Origin: Gemmatimonadota bacterium
Lineage (GTDB): Bacteria > Gemmatimonadota > Gemmatimonadetes > Gemmatimonadales > Gemmatimonadaceae
Direction: 5' to 3'
Assembly (NCBI GenBank): GCA_040389905.1
Contig: JAZJZK010000014.1
Coordinates: 96,001-160,000, forward strand
DNA length: 64,000 bases
Below the pieces are notes generated by a model. That model saw only the letters and a program-made list of their open reading frames with translations. It ran no database searches and was not told where the DNA came from. Positions within the stretch are counted from its first letter, which is position 1. Each line of letters starts with the position of its first letter. Position numbers and translations under genes: made by a program. This document shows, piece by piece, positions 30,876 to 38,832 of the stretch.

Positions 30876-31739
30876 CTACAGGATGGACTGGATTTCGAGC
30901 GCCTGGACGATCACGGTCTTCTGGGCGATGACAGTCTCCACCTCCGCCGAGACATCGTCATTCCCGTAGTCCGTCAGCAGTGGGGGGCGATTACCGAGGT
31001 ACACCTCGTGAGGTATGAGTCCGGCGGGCAACTCCATGTCCCCTACGGTTCTGAATTCCTTGTAGAACGCCGGCACGTGCGTGATGCCGCGGGCAATCAG
31101 GCCGACCGCGCGATGATAGCCATCACGCAGGAGCAGCCGGCCCGCGTACTTCGCCACCTGCACGAACGAGGGCGCGAAGCCGACGGCGAATCCAAAACCG
31201 TGGACGCCGGGCCGCACTTCCCCCGCAAATTGTCCCTTCACGCGGAGATTCGGATTCGGCGACGAGAACACCCACGTGTTCTTCGATGCGTCATAGGCCA
31301 CCGGGATGTGCGCTGCCGCAGGCAACGGCAGCGTCACGGCGGCAATGGACGCGAGATCATCGGCGTCGACTTGCTGCACGCGCTCGGCCGCGTGATCGGC
31401 ATGAACGGTTCGCTGAATGGCGCAGATGCGAGTCAGGTCGACGAGTCGCAGCTCGAAACCGCTGTTGAAGAAGTCCGCCGCGACGTTGCTCGTGCGAAAC
31501 GCGTCGACAAAGTTGTCGAGCGACGATGACAGCGCCGTAATGGCACCGTCCTGTGCGACTCCCGGTGGTCGAGCCGCTACGTTCTCGACCGCCCGCACGT
31601 AGTGTTCGAGTTGACTGGCCGACGGTGTGAGATTCTGCCGGCGACCGGTGAGGCAGAGACGCGCCTCCTTCTCCGTCATCCAGCCAATGAGCGCGCGAGC
31701 AGGCCGCGTTGGCGAGACCAGCTCGTTGCTCGTTCCCAT
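30876..31739 (-). CDS. ParB/Srx-superfamily-like protein (287 aa)
   Basis: FVQVAKYAGRLLLRDGYHRAVGLIARGITHVPA and upstream LVDLTRICAIQ resemble ParB/sulfiredoxin catalytic motifs; ATG overlaps the upstream stop (TGATG). Confidence 0.6.
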   Translation of the reverse strand: MGTSNELVSPTRPARALIGWMTEKEARLCLTGRRQNLTPSASQLEHYVRAVENVAARPPGVAQDGAITALSSSLDNFVDAFRTSNVAADFFNSGFELRLVDLTRICAIQRTVHADHAAERVQQVDADDLASIAAVTLPLPAAAHIPVAYDASKNTWVFSSPNPNLRVKGQFAGEVRPGVHGFGFAVGFAPSFVQVAKYAGRLLLRDGYHRAVGLIARGITHVPAFYKEFRTVGDMELPAGLIPHEVYLGNRPPLLTDYGNDDVSAEVETVIAQKTVIVQALEIQSIL

Positions 31740-32167
31740 CAGGGCGACGCAACCTTGGTGAAGGTGAACGTCAATTGCGTGCCCCCGATCTCTGCAATCC
31801 ACAGCGGGCCGACGGCGAAGGTCGGAAAGTTGCCGTCGGTCGTTGGGCTCCGAAGGTCCACGCTCGAGACGGTATCCGCATTCGACCACACGCCCGAGAA
31901 TCCTTGGGCGGTAGACGCCGCCGTCGCCGAATTCGCGACCCACACGAATGCATTCTGCTGCAGGGTGACGTAGCCAGTCGTTGCCTGAATGAGGATCTCC
32001 GTCGCACCGGATGACGCCGCGGTGTAGACGGTGAACGTGTTGTTGGGCACGGGCGCGGACACAGGCCCAAAGGTCAACGCCGCGGTGTTCGGATTCACGT
32101 AGAGCTGAGCACCAGTCTGATCCGCGACGATCGTATACGCTCCTGCCGTGGTCACCGCGGCGCTCAT
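31739..32167 (-). CDS. 142-aa beta-rich hypothetical protein, paralogue of the N-terminal domain of the upstream pentapeptide-repeat protein
   Basis: ATGA overlap with the upstream gene; shares VADQ..QLYV.P.T..L..GPV, FTVY, TGY and PTTDG with the upstream N-domain. Confidence 0.75.
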   Translation of the reverse strand: MSAAVTTAGAYTIVADQTGAQLYVNPNTAALTFGPVSAPVPNNTFTVYTAASSGATEILIQATTGYVTLQQNAFVWVANSATAASTAQGFSGVWSNADTVSSVDLRSPTTDGNFPTFAVGPLWIAEIGGTQLTFTFTKVASP

Positions 32168-34620
32168 TTCGCACCCTTGGTCGTACTCGTGAACGGACCA
32201 ACGTCGGACGCGGGCGTCATGACTTGATCCCAGCTGTTGGCGCCGATCGCGTCGTATTGATCGCCGTTCGGGCAGGTCGTCGTCGGCGTCATGGTCGCGG
32301 GCAAAAGCCACTCCGAACTACCGGTCGTCGGAATCGAATAGACGGTCTGATTCGCGTTCGGTGATGCATACGCAGGGTAGGACACCCAGATGACGTTGCC
32401 GTAGACCGTGTAGGTGGTGCCCGTCGGCGGTGCGAGGATGGTGAACGCGGTCCACTGGTTGCTGACCCCTGGCCCGGCGGGCGCGGGAAGCCCGGCGTTC
32501 ACGTACCACTGCGCGTCCTTGGCGATGAGATTGACCATCGCCCCACTAACAGCGTAGTTGTAAGTGTTGAACGCGTTCGCCACGTCGCTGCCAACGGTGG
32601 TCGGAGTGGCAGTGACGGTCGCCAGCGACTTCACGAGCGATGCGTCCACTGTAAACAACGGCGTCCCATAAATCGGCGGTGTGGCGCCTCCAGCCTCGAT
32701 TGCCACGAACGCCGAGTCGAGATTCACGCCGTCGAACACCGCACCGGCAAACGACGTCCCGGTGAGGACGGCACTCTCGAACGAGACCGCAGCATCGCTG
32801 AACGATGGGCTCAAGTCGAGACCCTGAAAGTTCGCGCTCGCCAGAAAGGCGGAGGCGAACGAGGCGCCGGAGACCGACGTCGCACCGGAGAGGTCCGGAT
32901 AGTTCTGTACGCTCGAGGAGATCACGGCTCCGCTGAACTTTGCCTGCTCGAAGTCCGCGTTCTTCGCCGTGACGTTGTTACCCACCCAGATGGCGCCGAG
33001 AAAGCTCACCTGGGCGAAGCTCCCCTCGTCGAGCACCGCATCGGTCAGGAAGGCCCCGTCGAGGATTGCCGGTGTGCGGTTGTTGCTGATCACCACGAAC
33101 GTGGAATCCTTGACCTTGATCGTATAGGTGTCCTGGGCGCTCGCGCTGATCACCGTGACGAGCCATTGCGTGTCCTTCACCTGGGACACGACGGTGATGA
33201 GCGATGCGCCCGCGAACACCACACCCGCCTGCGTCATCTGCGTCTGCACATCTGCTGGCAGCGTGCCGCCGTCCAGGGTGGTGACATCATTGGTGGCGAT
33301 GGCGACGACGCAGATCTGCTGCTTCGCGCCGAGGTATGCGTCAACCCATGTGGTCTTCTGGAGATTCGCCTCGGTCAGGTGCGCACCGAACATCTGCGCG
33401 CTGCTGAAATCGGCGCCCTCGAGATTCGCCGCGTGCAACGACGTGCCGATGAGCTGCGCGTAGGCGAAGCTGATGGCCCCGTCGCTCGTCGTCGTGGTTT
33501 GGAGCGTATCCGCGTTGGCGCCATTCAACTTCGTGTAACTCGCGTCGAGGTTCGTGATGACCTGGTCGGCGACGATTGTGGCATTCGTGAGGTCGAGGTA
33601 CGACCACTGCCCTCCGAGCGTGGACGCATTGAGTGTGGCACCCACGAACGACGCCGCGGTACTCGCACTCCCGGGTCCGAACGCTTGGGTACCGTCACTG
33701 AGCACGCCGCCTGTGGGCATCGTTACCTTCGTCCAATCGACGCCGTTGAGCGTCGCGCCGACGAATCTGGCATTGTGCAGGTCCAGGCCGGCAACCTTTG
33801 CGTTCGTCAGGTTGCATCGCGAGAAGTCCACGCTCGGCGACAGTTTTACCTGCGTGAGGTCGCAGCCCGTGAGATCGGCACCGGTGAACTTTGCGCTGGT
33901 GAGATCGACTCCGACCGGAAAGACGACGCCGGCCATTCTTGCATTGGTAAAGTCGATCGCTGAACCGAGTGTAAACTTCGAGAGATCCTGCCCGGTGACG
34001 TTGCCGTTTGCGTCGGTCCAACTCAGGATCGCCCCGGCGAGCGAGGCATCCTGCAGCACCGTGGCCGGCGGCGCGATCGGGGGGCCGAGGAGCGAAAAGT
34101 CGACGTTGCGGAGATCGGCGTTCGCCCACCCCTCCTCTCCGCTCGCGAGGAGTGTCGTCAAACTCGGCGTCACGAACGTGACCGAGAACGTCACCGACGG
34201 ATTCGATCCGTCCGTTGTCGGCGTGTAGAGGAAGACCTCATCCGTCACCGCGTCGAAGCCGTTGAAGCCGCTGGTGGTGCCGGAGAGCGGAACCTGACCG
34301 GCGGTGCAGAAACTCGCGAAGGGGGTCTCGGTGCTCGCGGTCGGACCGTTCGCAAGAATCGCCTTGGTTGCCGAGTCCGTCCCCAGATACCCGGTTACGC
34401 CAGCGATGCAGAGGATGTACACCGTAAACGAGTCGCCTTCGAGACTCGACGGCACCGCGGCCACGTTGAACGCAAAGGCGCCGCTTCCGTCGCTCGGCGG
34501 CGACTTCTGAACAGGTCCGAGGCTCAAAACCGTCGTAAACGGATCGACGTAGAGCTGCCCGTAACCCTGATCGGCCACCGCGGTGACCTTGCCTCCAAAG
34601 ATGAACGGCGGGTTGGTCAT
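32164..34620 (-). CDS. 818-aa pentapeptide-repeat protein with N-terminal beta domain and two inserted modules
   Basis: Many A(D/N)L/F.. pentads (ANADLRNVDFS, AKFTGADLTGCDLT, ANLEGADFSSAQM); C-terminal TTCPNG; RBS GGGAGAGG before ATG 34620. Confidence 0.88.
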   Translation of the reverse strand: MTNPPFIFGGKVTAVADQGYGQLYVDPFTTVLSLGPVQKSPPSDGSGAFAFNVAAVPSSLEGDSFTVYILCIAGVTGYLGTDSATKAILANGPTASTETPFASFCTAGQVPLSGTTSGFNGFDAVTDEVFLYTPTTDGSNPSVTFSVTFVTPSLTTLLASGEEGWANADLRNVDFSLLGPPIAPPATVLQDASLAGAILSWTDANGNVTGQDLSKFTLGSAIDFTNARMAGVVFPVGVDLTSAKFTGADLTGCDLTQVKLSPSVDFSRCNLTNAKVAGLDLHNARFVGATLNGVDWTKVTMPTGGVLSDGTQAFGPGSASTAASFVGATLNASTLGGQWSYLDLTNATIVADQVITNLDASYTKLNGANADTLQTTTTSDGAISFAYAQLIGTSLHAANLEGADFSSAQMFGAHLTEANLQKTTWVDAYLGAKQQICVVAIATNDVTTLDGGTLPADVQTQMTQAGVVFAGASLITVVSQVKDTQWLVTVISASAQDTYTIKVKDSTFVVISNNRTPAILDGAFLTDAVLDEGSFAQVSFLGAIWVGNNVTAKNADFEQAKFSGAVISSSVQNYPDLSGATSVSGASFASAFLASANFQGLDLSPSFSDAAVSFESAVLTGTSFAGAVFDGVNLDSAFVAIEAGGATPPIYGTPLFTVDASLVKSLATVTATPTTVGSDVANAFNTYNYAVSGAMVNLIAKDAQWYVNAGLPAPAGPGVSNQWTAFTILAPPTGTTYTVYGNVIWVSYPAYASPNANQTVYSIPTTGSSEWLLPATMTPTTTCPNGDQYDAIGANSWDQVMTPASDVGPFTSTTKGAK

Positions 34621-34724
34621 ACACCTCTCCCTGAGGATGCATCTCAACCGAAGCGCCGTCGCCGCGAGTCGTGCCAATGTGTGCTGTCGAGTCCGGCTTG
34701 TCCATGGTGCACATGCGTGATTGC

Positions 34725-34755
34725 AAAACGCCGCACGCGAGAAGCGTGCGGCGTT
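34725..34755 (-). terminator. Intrinsic terminator-like hairpin about 105 nt upstream of the pentapeptide operon start
   Basis: 12-bp perfect stem AACGCCGCACGC/GCGTGCGGCGTT, 5-nt loop, short U-run on the minus strand. Confidence 0.6.
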
Positions 34756-34990
34756 CTGGTTTCTTTAGAGCGGGATTGCCCCGCTCAAGAAAGGCTGGTC
34801 TTCCACTCGGGGTTGCTCAGGCGAAGACCGCGTCCGGGAGCGCCTTCAGGGCACCGGTGCGAGAGAATCCCGGTGGGAAGCACGTACGGAGCGGCGAAGC
34901 CGGCCATGCCCGCCGCGAAGGACACACCGGCAGAAAGTGCAAGAGAGAATTCCAGATGGGCGCGGTGTTGCTGAGTGGTTGGCCGCAGCA

Positions 34991-35025
34991 GAAACACCCG
35001 GCAGCGCCAAATTGCCGGGTGTTTC
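34991..35025 (-). terminator. Hairpin downstream of the CBS gene
   Basis: 13-bp perfect inverted repeat GAAACACCCGGCA/TGCCGGGTGTTTC, 37 nt after the CBS stop. Confidence 0.6.
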
Positions 35026-35062
35026 ATCCATCCGTCATGCATCAGCTCGGACGGGTCGGTTT

Positions 35063-35551
35063 CTAGGTCCGCGCGGCCGGCTCGGCGCTCGCGGGCGGCG
35101 CGCTCGATGAGTTACTGGCTTGCTGCGGCTCGGAGATACGCTCGACGACAATCCCCACTTCGCGATCGCTGAGTTGGGAACCCGTCTGCGCCGCTCGCGC
35201 CAGATCAGCCTGCGAGACGATACCCACGCAGCACCCACTCGCATCCACGATCACCACTCGCCGGATCTGCTTCTCCGACATGGTTCGGGAGACTTCGTCT
35301 ACGTCTTCATTGGGGGAGCAGCAGCACGGGCTCGCCGTCAGCACTTCGGACACTTTGGTATCGGCGGACTTGCCTTCGGCCACGGCGCGAATGGCGAGGT
35401 CGCGATCGGTGACGATGCCCACGACGCGGTCATCTTGCACGACCGGTACGGCGCCACAGTCGCACGCACGCATGATCTGCGCGACCTCACGGAGCGAGTC
35501 GGTCGGAGCGCAACACGTTGGGCTCGCGGTCATGATCTCACTGACTTTCAT
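35063..35551 (-). CDS. CBS-domain pair protein
   Basis: MKVSEIMT...CGAVPVV...[12 protein letters not shown]...IRRVVIVD...VGIVSQADL. Confidence 0.92.
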   Translation of the reverse strand: MKVSEIMTASPTCCAPTDSLREVAQIMRACDCGAVPVVQDDRVVGIVTDRDLAIRAVAEGKSADTKVSEVLTASPCCCSPNEDVDEVSRTMSEKQIRRVVIVDASGCCVGIVSQADLARAAQTGSQLSDREVGIVVERISEPQQASNSSSAPPASAEPAART

Positions 35552-35857
35552 AGCGGATTCTCCTCGGGTGATCGGGACGTCGATACCCGTCTCAGGCGAA
35601 TCCCGTACCATCCAGCCGCGCATCTGCAGATCCATCGGCTGCGCTCGCGATGGCGCGAGTGGATCGGTCGTCGGCGGGTATCAGCATTTCAGGTGCTCGT
35701 CCGGCGGGCTTCATTCCAAAATTGGAATGAAGGTCGAGCTCCCGCTGATGGCTCACCTTCGAGCTCACGCTCGAGCTCACCTGAGTTGCGGGGGCGCGCC
35801 GTATGCAAAGTCCGCTGTTGGCTGGCGTACCGTGCCGGCCCCCTTCGAGATCGTGCT

Positions 35858-37201
35858 ATGGAAATAAAAGCGCCTTGGAAACCCGCCCGCGCGCGCGTTA
35901 CCCTCGCGGTCGCTGCGTATTCGTTGGTGCTCGGTTGCGGCGAGACCGCCCGCCTCCCACTGTCTGCTGGGTTCGGCCCTCGGCCCACGCTTCCCCCGCC
36001 GAACAAGACGTTGATCCCGACCGTCAAGGTTGCTGACGCCAGGGGTTGGTCTTCCGGTGCGCGGCCCACGGCCGCCGCGGGGACGACGGTGAGTGCGTTT
36101 GCGACCGGCCTCGACCACCCGCGCTTTCTCTTCGTCCTCCCGAACGGCGACGTGCTCGTCGCGGAGACGAACGCGCCGCCCAAGCCTGACGACAACCAGG
36201 GCATCAAGGGTTGGTTCTTCAAGCGGTTCCAGAAGAAGGCGGGAGCGGCAGTGCCCAGCGCGAATCGCATTACGCTGTTGCGGGACCGCGACGGCGATGG
36301 CGTCGCCGAAACTCGCGCCGTGTTCCTGTCGGGGCTCAATTCGCCCTATGGTATCGCGTTGATCGGACAGGAGCTGTATGTCGCCAACAGCGATGCACTC
36401 GTCCGCTATCCATATACGGAAGGCGCAACGACGATCGCGGCGGCTGGTGCGACGGTCGTCGCCTTGCCTGCCGGACGTCTCAACCATCACTGGACGAAGA
36501 CCGTCGTCGCGTCGCGAGACGGATCGAAGCTCTTCGTCAGCGTCGGCAGCAACAGCAACGTCGCCGAAAACGGCATGGCCGCGGAGAAAGGCCGTGCGGC
36601 AATCTGGGAGGTCGATCCAAAGACCGGAGCCCACCGGATCTATGCGTCCGGTTTGCGGAACGCGGTCGGACTCGCCATCGAGCCAGAGACCGGGGTGCTC
36701 TGGGCGTCGGTCAATGAACGTGATGAGTTGGGAAGCGATCTGGTTCCCGACTACCTCACCTCGGTGCGCGACAGCGCGTTTTTCGGCTGGCCCTACAGTT
36801 ACTTCGGTCAGCATGTGGACGATCGGGTGAAGCCGCAGCGCCCCGACCTGGTCGCCACGGCGATCACGCCGGACTATGGGCTCGGTACCCACACCGGCTC
36901 ACTGGGCCTTGCGTCGTCTCGTGGCTCGACGCTTGGCGCACAGTTCGCCAACGGCATGTTCGTCGGACAACACGGCTCGTGGAATCGGAACCCGCGCAGC
37001 GGCTACGCCGTCATCTTCGTTCCATTTGCGCACGGGACAACTGCTGGTTCTCCGATCGATGTGCTCACCGATTTCCTGGATGAGAAAGGCAACACACGCG
37101 GCCGGCCGGTTGGCGTCGCGGTGGACAAGCGCGGCGCACTCCTCGTTGCGGACGATGTCGGGAACACCGTGTGGCGTGTGAGCGCGGCTGCGTCGCCGTA
37201 A
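35858..37201 (+). CDS. L-sorbosone / PQQ-dependent sugar dehydrogenase family lipoprotein
   Basis: VLGC lipobox-like; [62 protein letters not shown]. Confidence 0.9.
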   Translation: MEIKAPWKPARARVTLAVAAYSLVLGCGETARLPLSAGFGPRPTLPPPNKTLIPTVKVADARGWSSGARPTAAAGTTVSAFATGLDHPRFLFVLPNGDVLVAETNAPPKPDDNQGIKGWFFKRFQKKAGAAVPSANRITLLRDRDGDGVAETRAVFLSGLNSPYGIALIGQELYVANSDALVRYPYTEGATTIAAAGATVVALPAGRLNHHWTKTVVASRDGSKLFVSVGSNSNVAENGMAAEKGRAAIWEVDPKTGAHRIYASGLRNAVGLAIEPETGVLWASVNERDELGSDLVPDYLTSVRDSAFFGWPYSYFGQHVDDRVKPQRPDLVATAITPDYGLGTHTGSLGLASSRGSTLGAQFANGMFVGQHGSWNRNPRSGYAVIFVPFAHGTTAGSPIDVLTDFLDEKGNTRGRPVGVAVDKRGALLVADDVGNTVWRVSAAASP

Positions 37202-37289
37202 GCGGCACGCGTACGCCACGCATCGACGGGAACGCCTCCGTGCCGTACAATTCGCGACCTGCAATCGCGCGTCTTCTGGAGGGTTCCCC

Positions 37290-38822
37290 ATGCGTTCATA
37301 CTGCCTGAGCCGCCTGATCACCGTCGCCGCCGCGGTGGCGTTCATCTCTCCGCGAGCGGGGCACGCGCAGACGGGCCCTCTGCGCTTGCCGGCGGACAAG
37401 GCGGTCAACGTCAATCCCGATGCGCATCTGGTGCTCACCTTCCCTGCGCCGCCCGCGATCGGCAAGTCCGGCAAGATCCGAGTCTTTGACGCAGCCGATC
37501 ACCGGCTGGTCGACTCGCTGGACCTCAGCATTCCGGCCGGTCCCGACCCCGCGCGCCGAGTCGCCGTGACGGCCGCGAATGGCATTCCGCTCGATTCCGC
37601 GATCCCCACGTCGCCGAGGACTACGACGCCGGCGGTGCGATTCACCCCCGCGGACATTCACAACTATCAGGTCACGACCATCGGCGGACTGTCCGACTTT
37701 CACTTCTATCCCATCATCGTCCGCGGCAACACAGCCACGATCTCGCTGCACAACAACGTCCTTCGGTACAACCGCAAGTACATCGTGCAGATCGATCCGG
37801 GGGTGCTCGTGCCTTCCGCAGGCACCTTTGACGGCTATGCGACCGACAAGGCGTGGACCTTCTCCACCAAGGCGGCCCCGCCGCGCGCTGATGTCGCGCG
37901 CGTGGTTGTCGCTGATGACGGCAGCGGTGACTTCAACACCGTGCAAGGCGCGGCCGATTTCGTTCCGGACAATCCCGCTCGGCGCGTCACCATCTTCATC
38001 AAGAACGGCACGTACGAGGAAATTGTCTTCATTCGCAACAAGAAGAACCTCACAATTCGCGGTGAAGACCGCGACAAAGTGCAGGTCGGATACGCGAACA
38101 ACAGCGGATTCAACCCGCCGCAACCGGGCCCGAACCGGCGCTGCGCATTCACGATCTACGAGTCGACGGATATCCAGCTCGAGAATTTCTCGGTGAGCAA
38201 TTACGCCTACGGTCAGGCCGAGGGGCTGCTCATCTCCGGGTCGAGAAACATCGTCAGCAACGTGACCATCAAGGGGTCTGGCGATGCGCTGAACACGCGC
38301 GGATCCGTTTACCTGACCGACTGCAAGATCATCGGTGACGGCGACACGATCCTCGGCGTCGGTCCCGCGTTCTTCAACAACTGCGAGATTCAGTCGCTCG
38401 GACCGTTCATGTGGATCCGCAACACCGACGAGAATCACGGTAACGTGTTCGTCAACTCCACGTTCATTGCGCGTGAGCGAGCCGCTCCGGCAACACCGCC
38501 GCCGGCACTGACGCCATCCGGGAGTGTGTTCGCTCGGCTGCCGAACAACAACGGGATCAACTACCCGTACGCCGAGGCGGTGTTGATCAACTGTCGGTTG
38601 AAGGGTATTCCCGCAATCGGTTGGGGCCCCATCGGCGCGGAGGTCACAAACGCGAAGCTATGGGAGTTCAACAGTACCGACATGGACAGGAAGCCTGTTG
38701 ACACGACGCAGCGGCACCCTGTGTCCAAGCAGCTCACGATGGCGGCGGATGCGCAGACGATCGCGAATTACAGCAATCCGGCGTACGTGCTCGGCGGATG
38801 GACGCCGGTGATCGTCAAGTAG
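37290..38822 (+). CDS. Secreted pectinesterase-family (CE8-like) protein with N-terminal Ig-like domain
   Basis: Signal peptide; VVADDGSGDFNTVQGA...IFIKNGTYEE; QAEGL; GDAL and IIGDGDTILG Asp motifs; LGGW.P end. Confidence 0.8.
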   Translation: MRSYCLSRLITVAAAVAFISPRAGHAQTGPLRLPADKAVNVNPDAHLVLTFPAPPAIGKSGKIRVFDAADHRLVDSLDLSIPAGPDPARRVAVTAANGIPLDSAIPTSPRTTTPAVRFTPADIHNYQVTTIGGLSDFHFYPIIVRGNTATISLHNNVLRYNRKYIVQIDPGVLVPSAGTFDGYATDKAWTFSTKAAPPRADVARVVVADDGSGDFNTVQGAADFVPDNPARRVTIFIKNGTYEEIVFIRNKKNLTIRGEDRDKVQVGYANNSGFNPPQPGPNRRCAFTIYESTDIQLENFSVSNYAYGQAEGLLISGSRNIVSNVTIKGSGDALNTRGSVYLTDCKIIGDGDTILGVGPAFFNNCEIQSLGPFMWIRNTDENHGNVFVNSTFIARERAAPATPPPALTPSGSVFARLPNNNGINYPYAEAVLINCRLKGIPAIGWGPIGAEVTNAKLWEFNSTDMDRKPVDTTQRHPVSKQLTMAADAQTIANYSNPAYVLGGWTPVIVK

Positions 38823-38832
38823 GCGGCGGTCA

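Noticed and set aside
31740..32201. N-terminal extension of the 441-aa ORF
   Set aside because: An alternative frame over the 142-aa gene; the coupled ATG at 31739 is the better start.
34830..34960. Glycine riboswitch (GAGAGA, GAAGG fragments)
   Set aside because: The conserved elements are not in the right order on one strand, and no CUCUCAGG is present.
35120..35857. N-terminal extension of the 693-aa ORF
   Set aside because: It overlaps the antisense CBS gene; the real sorbosone dehydrogenase starts near 35858.
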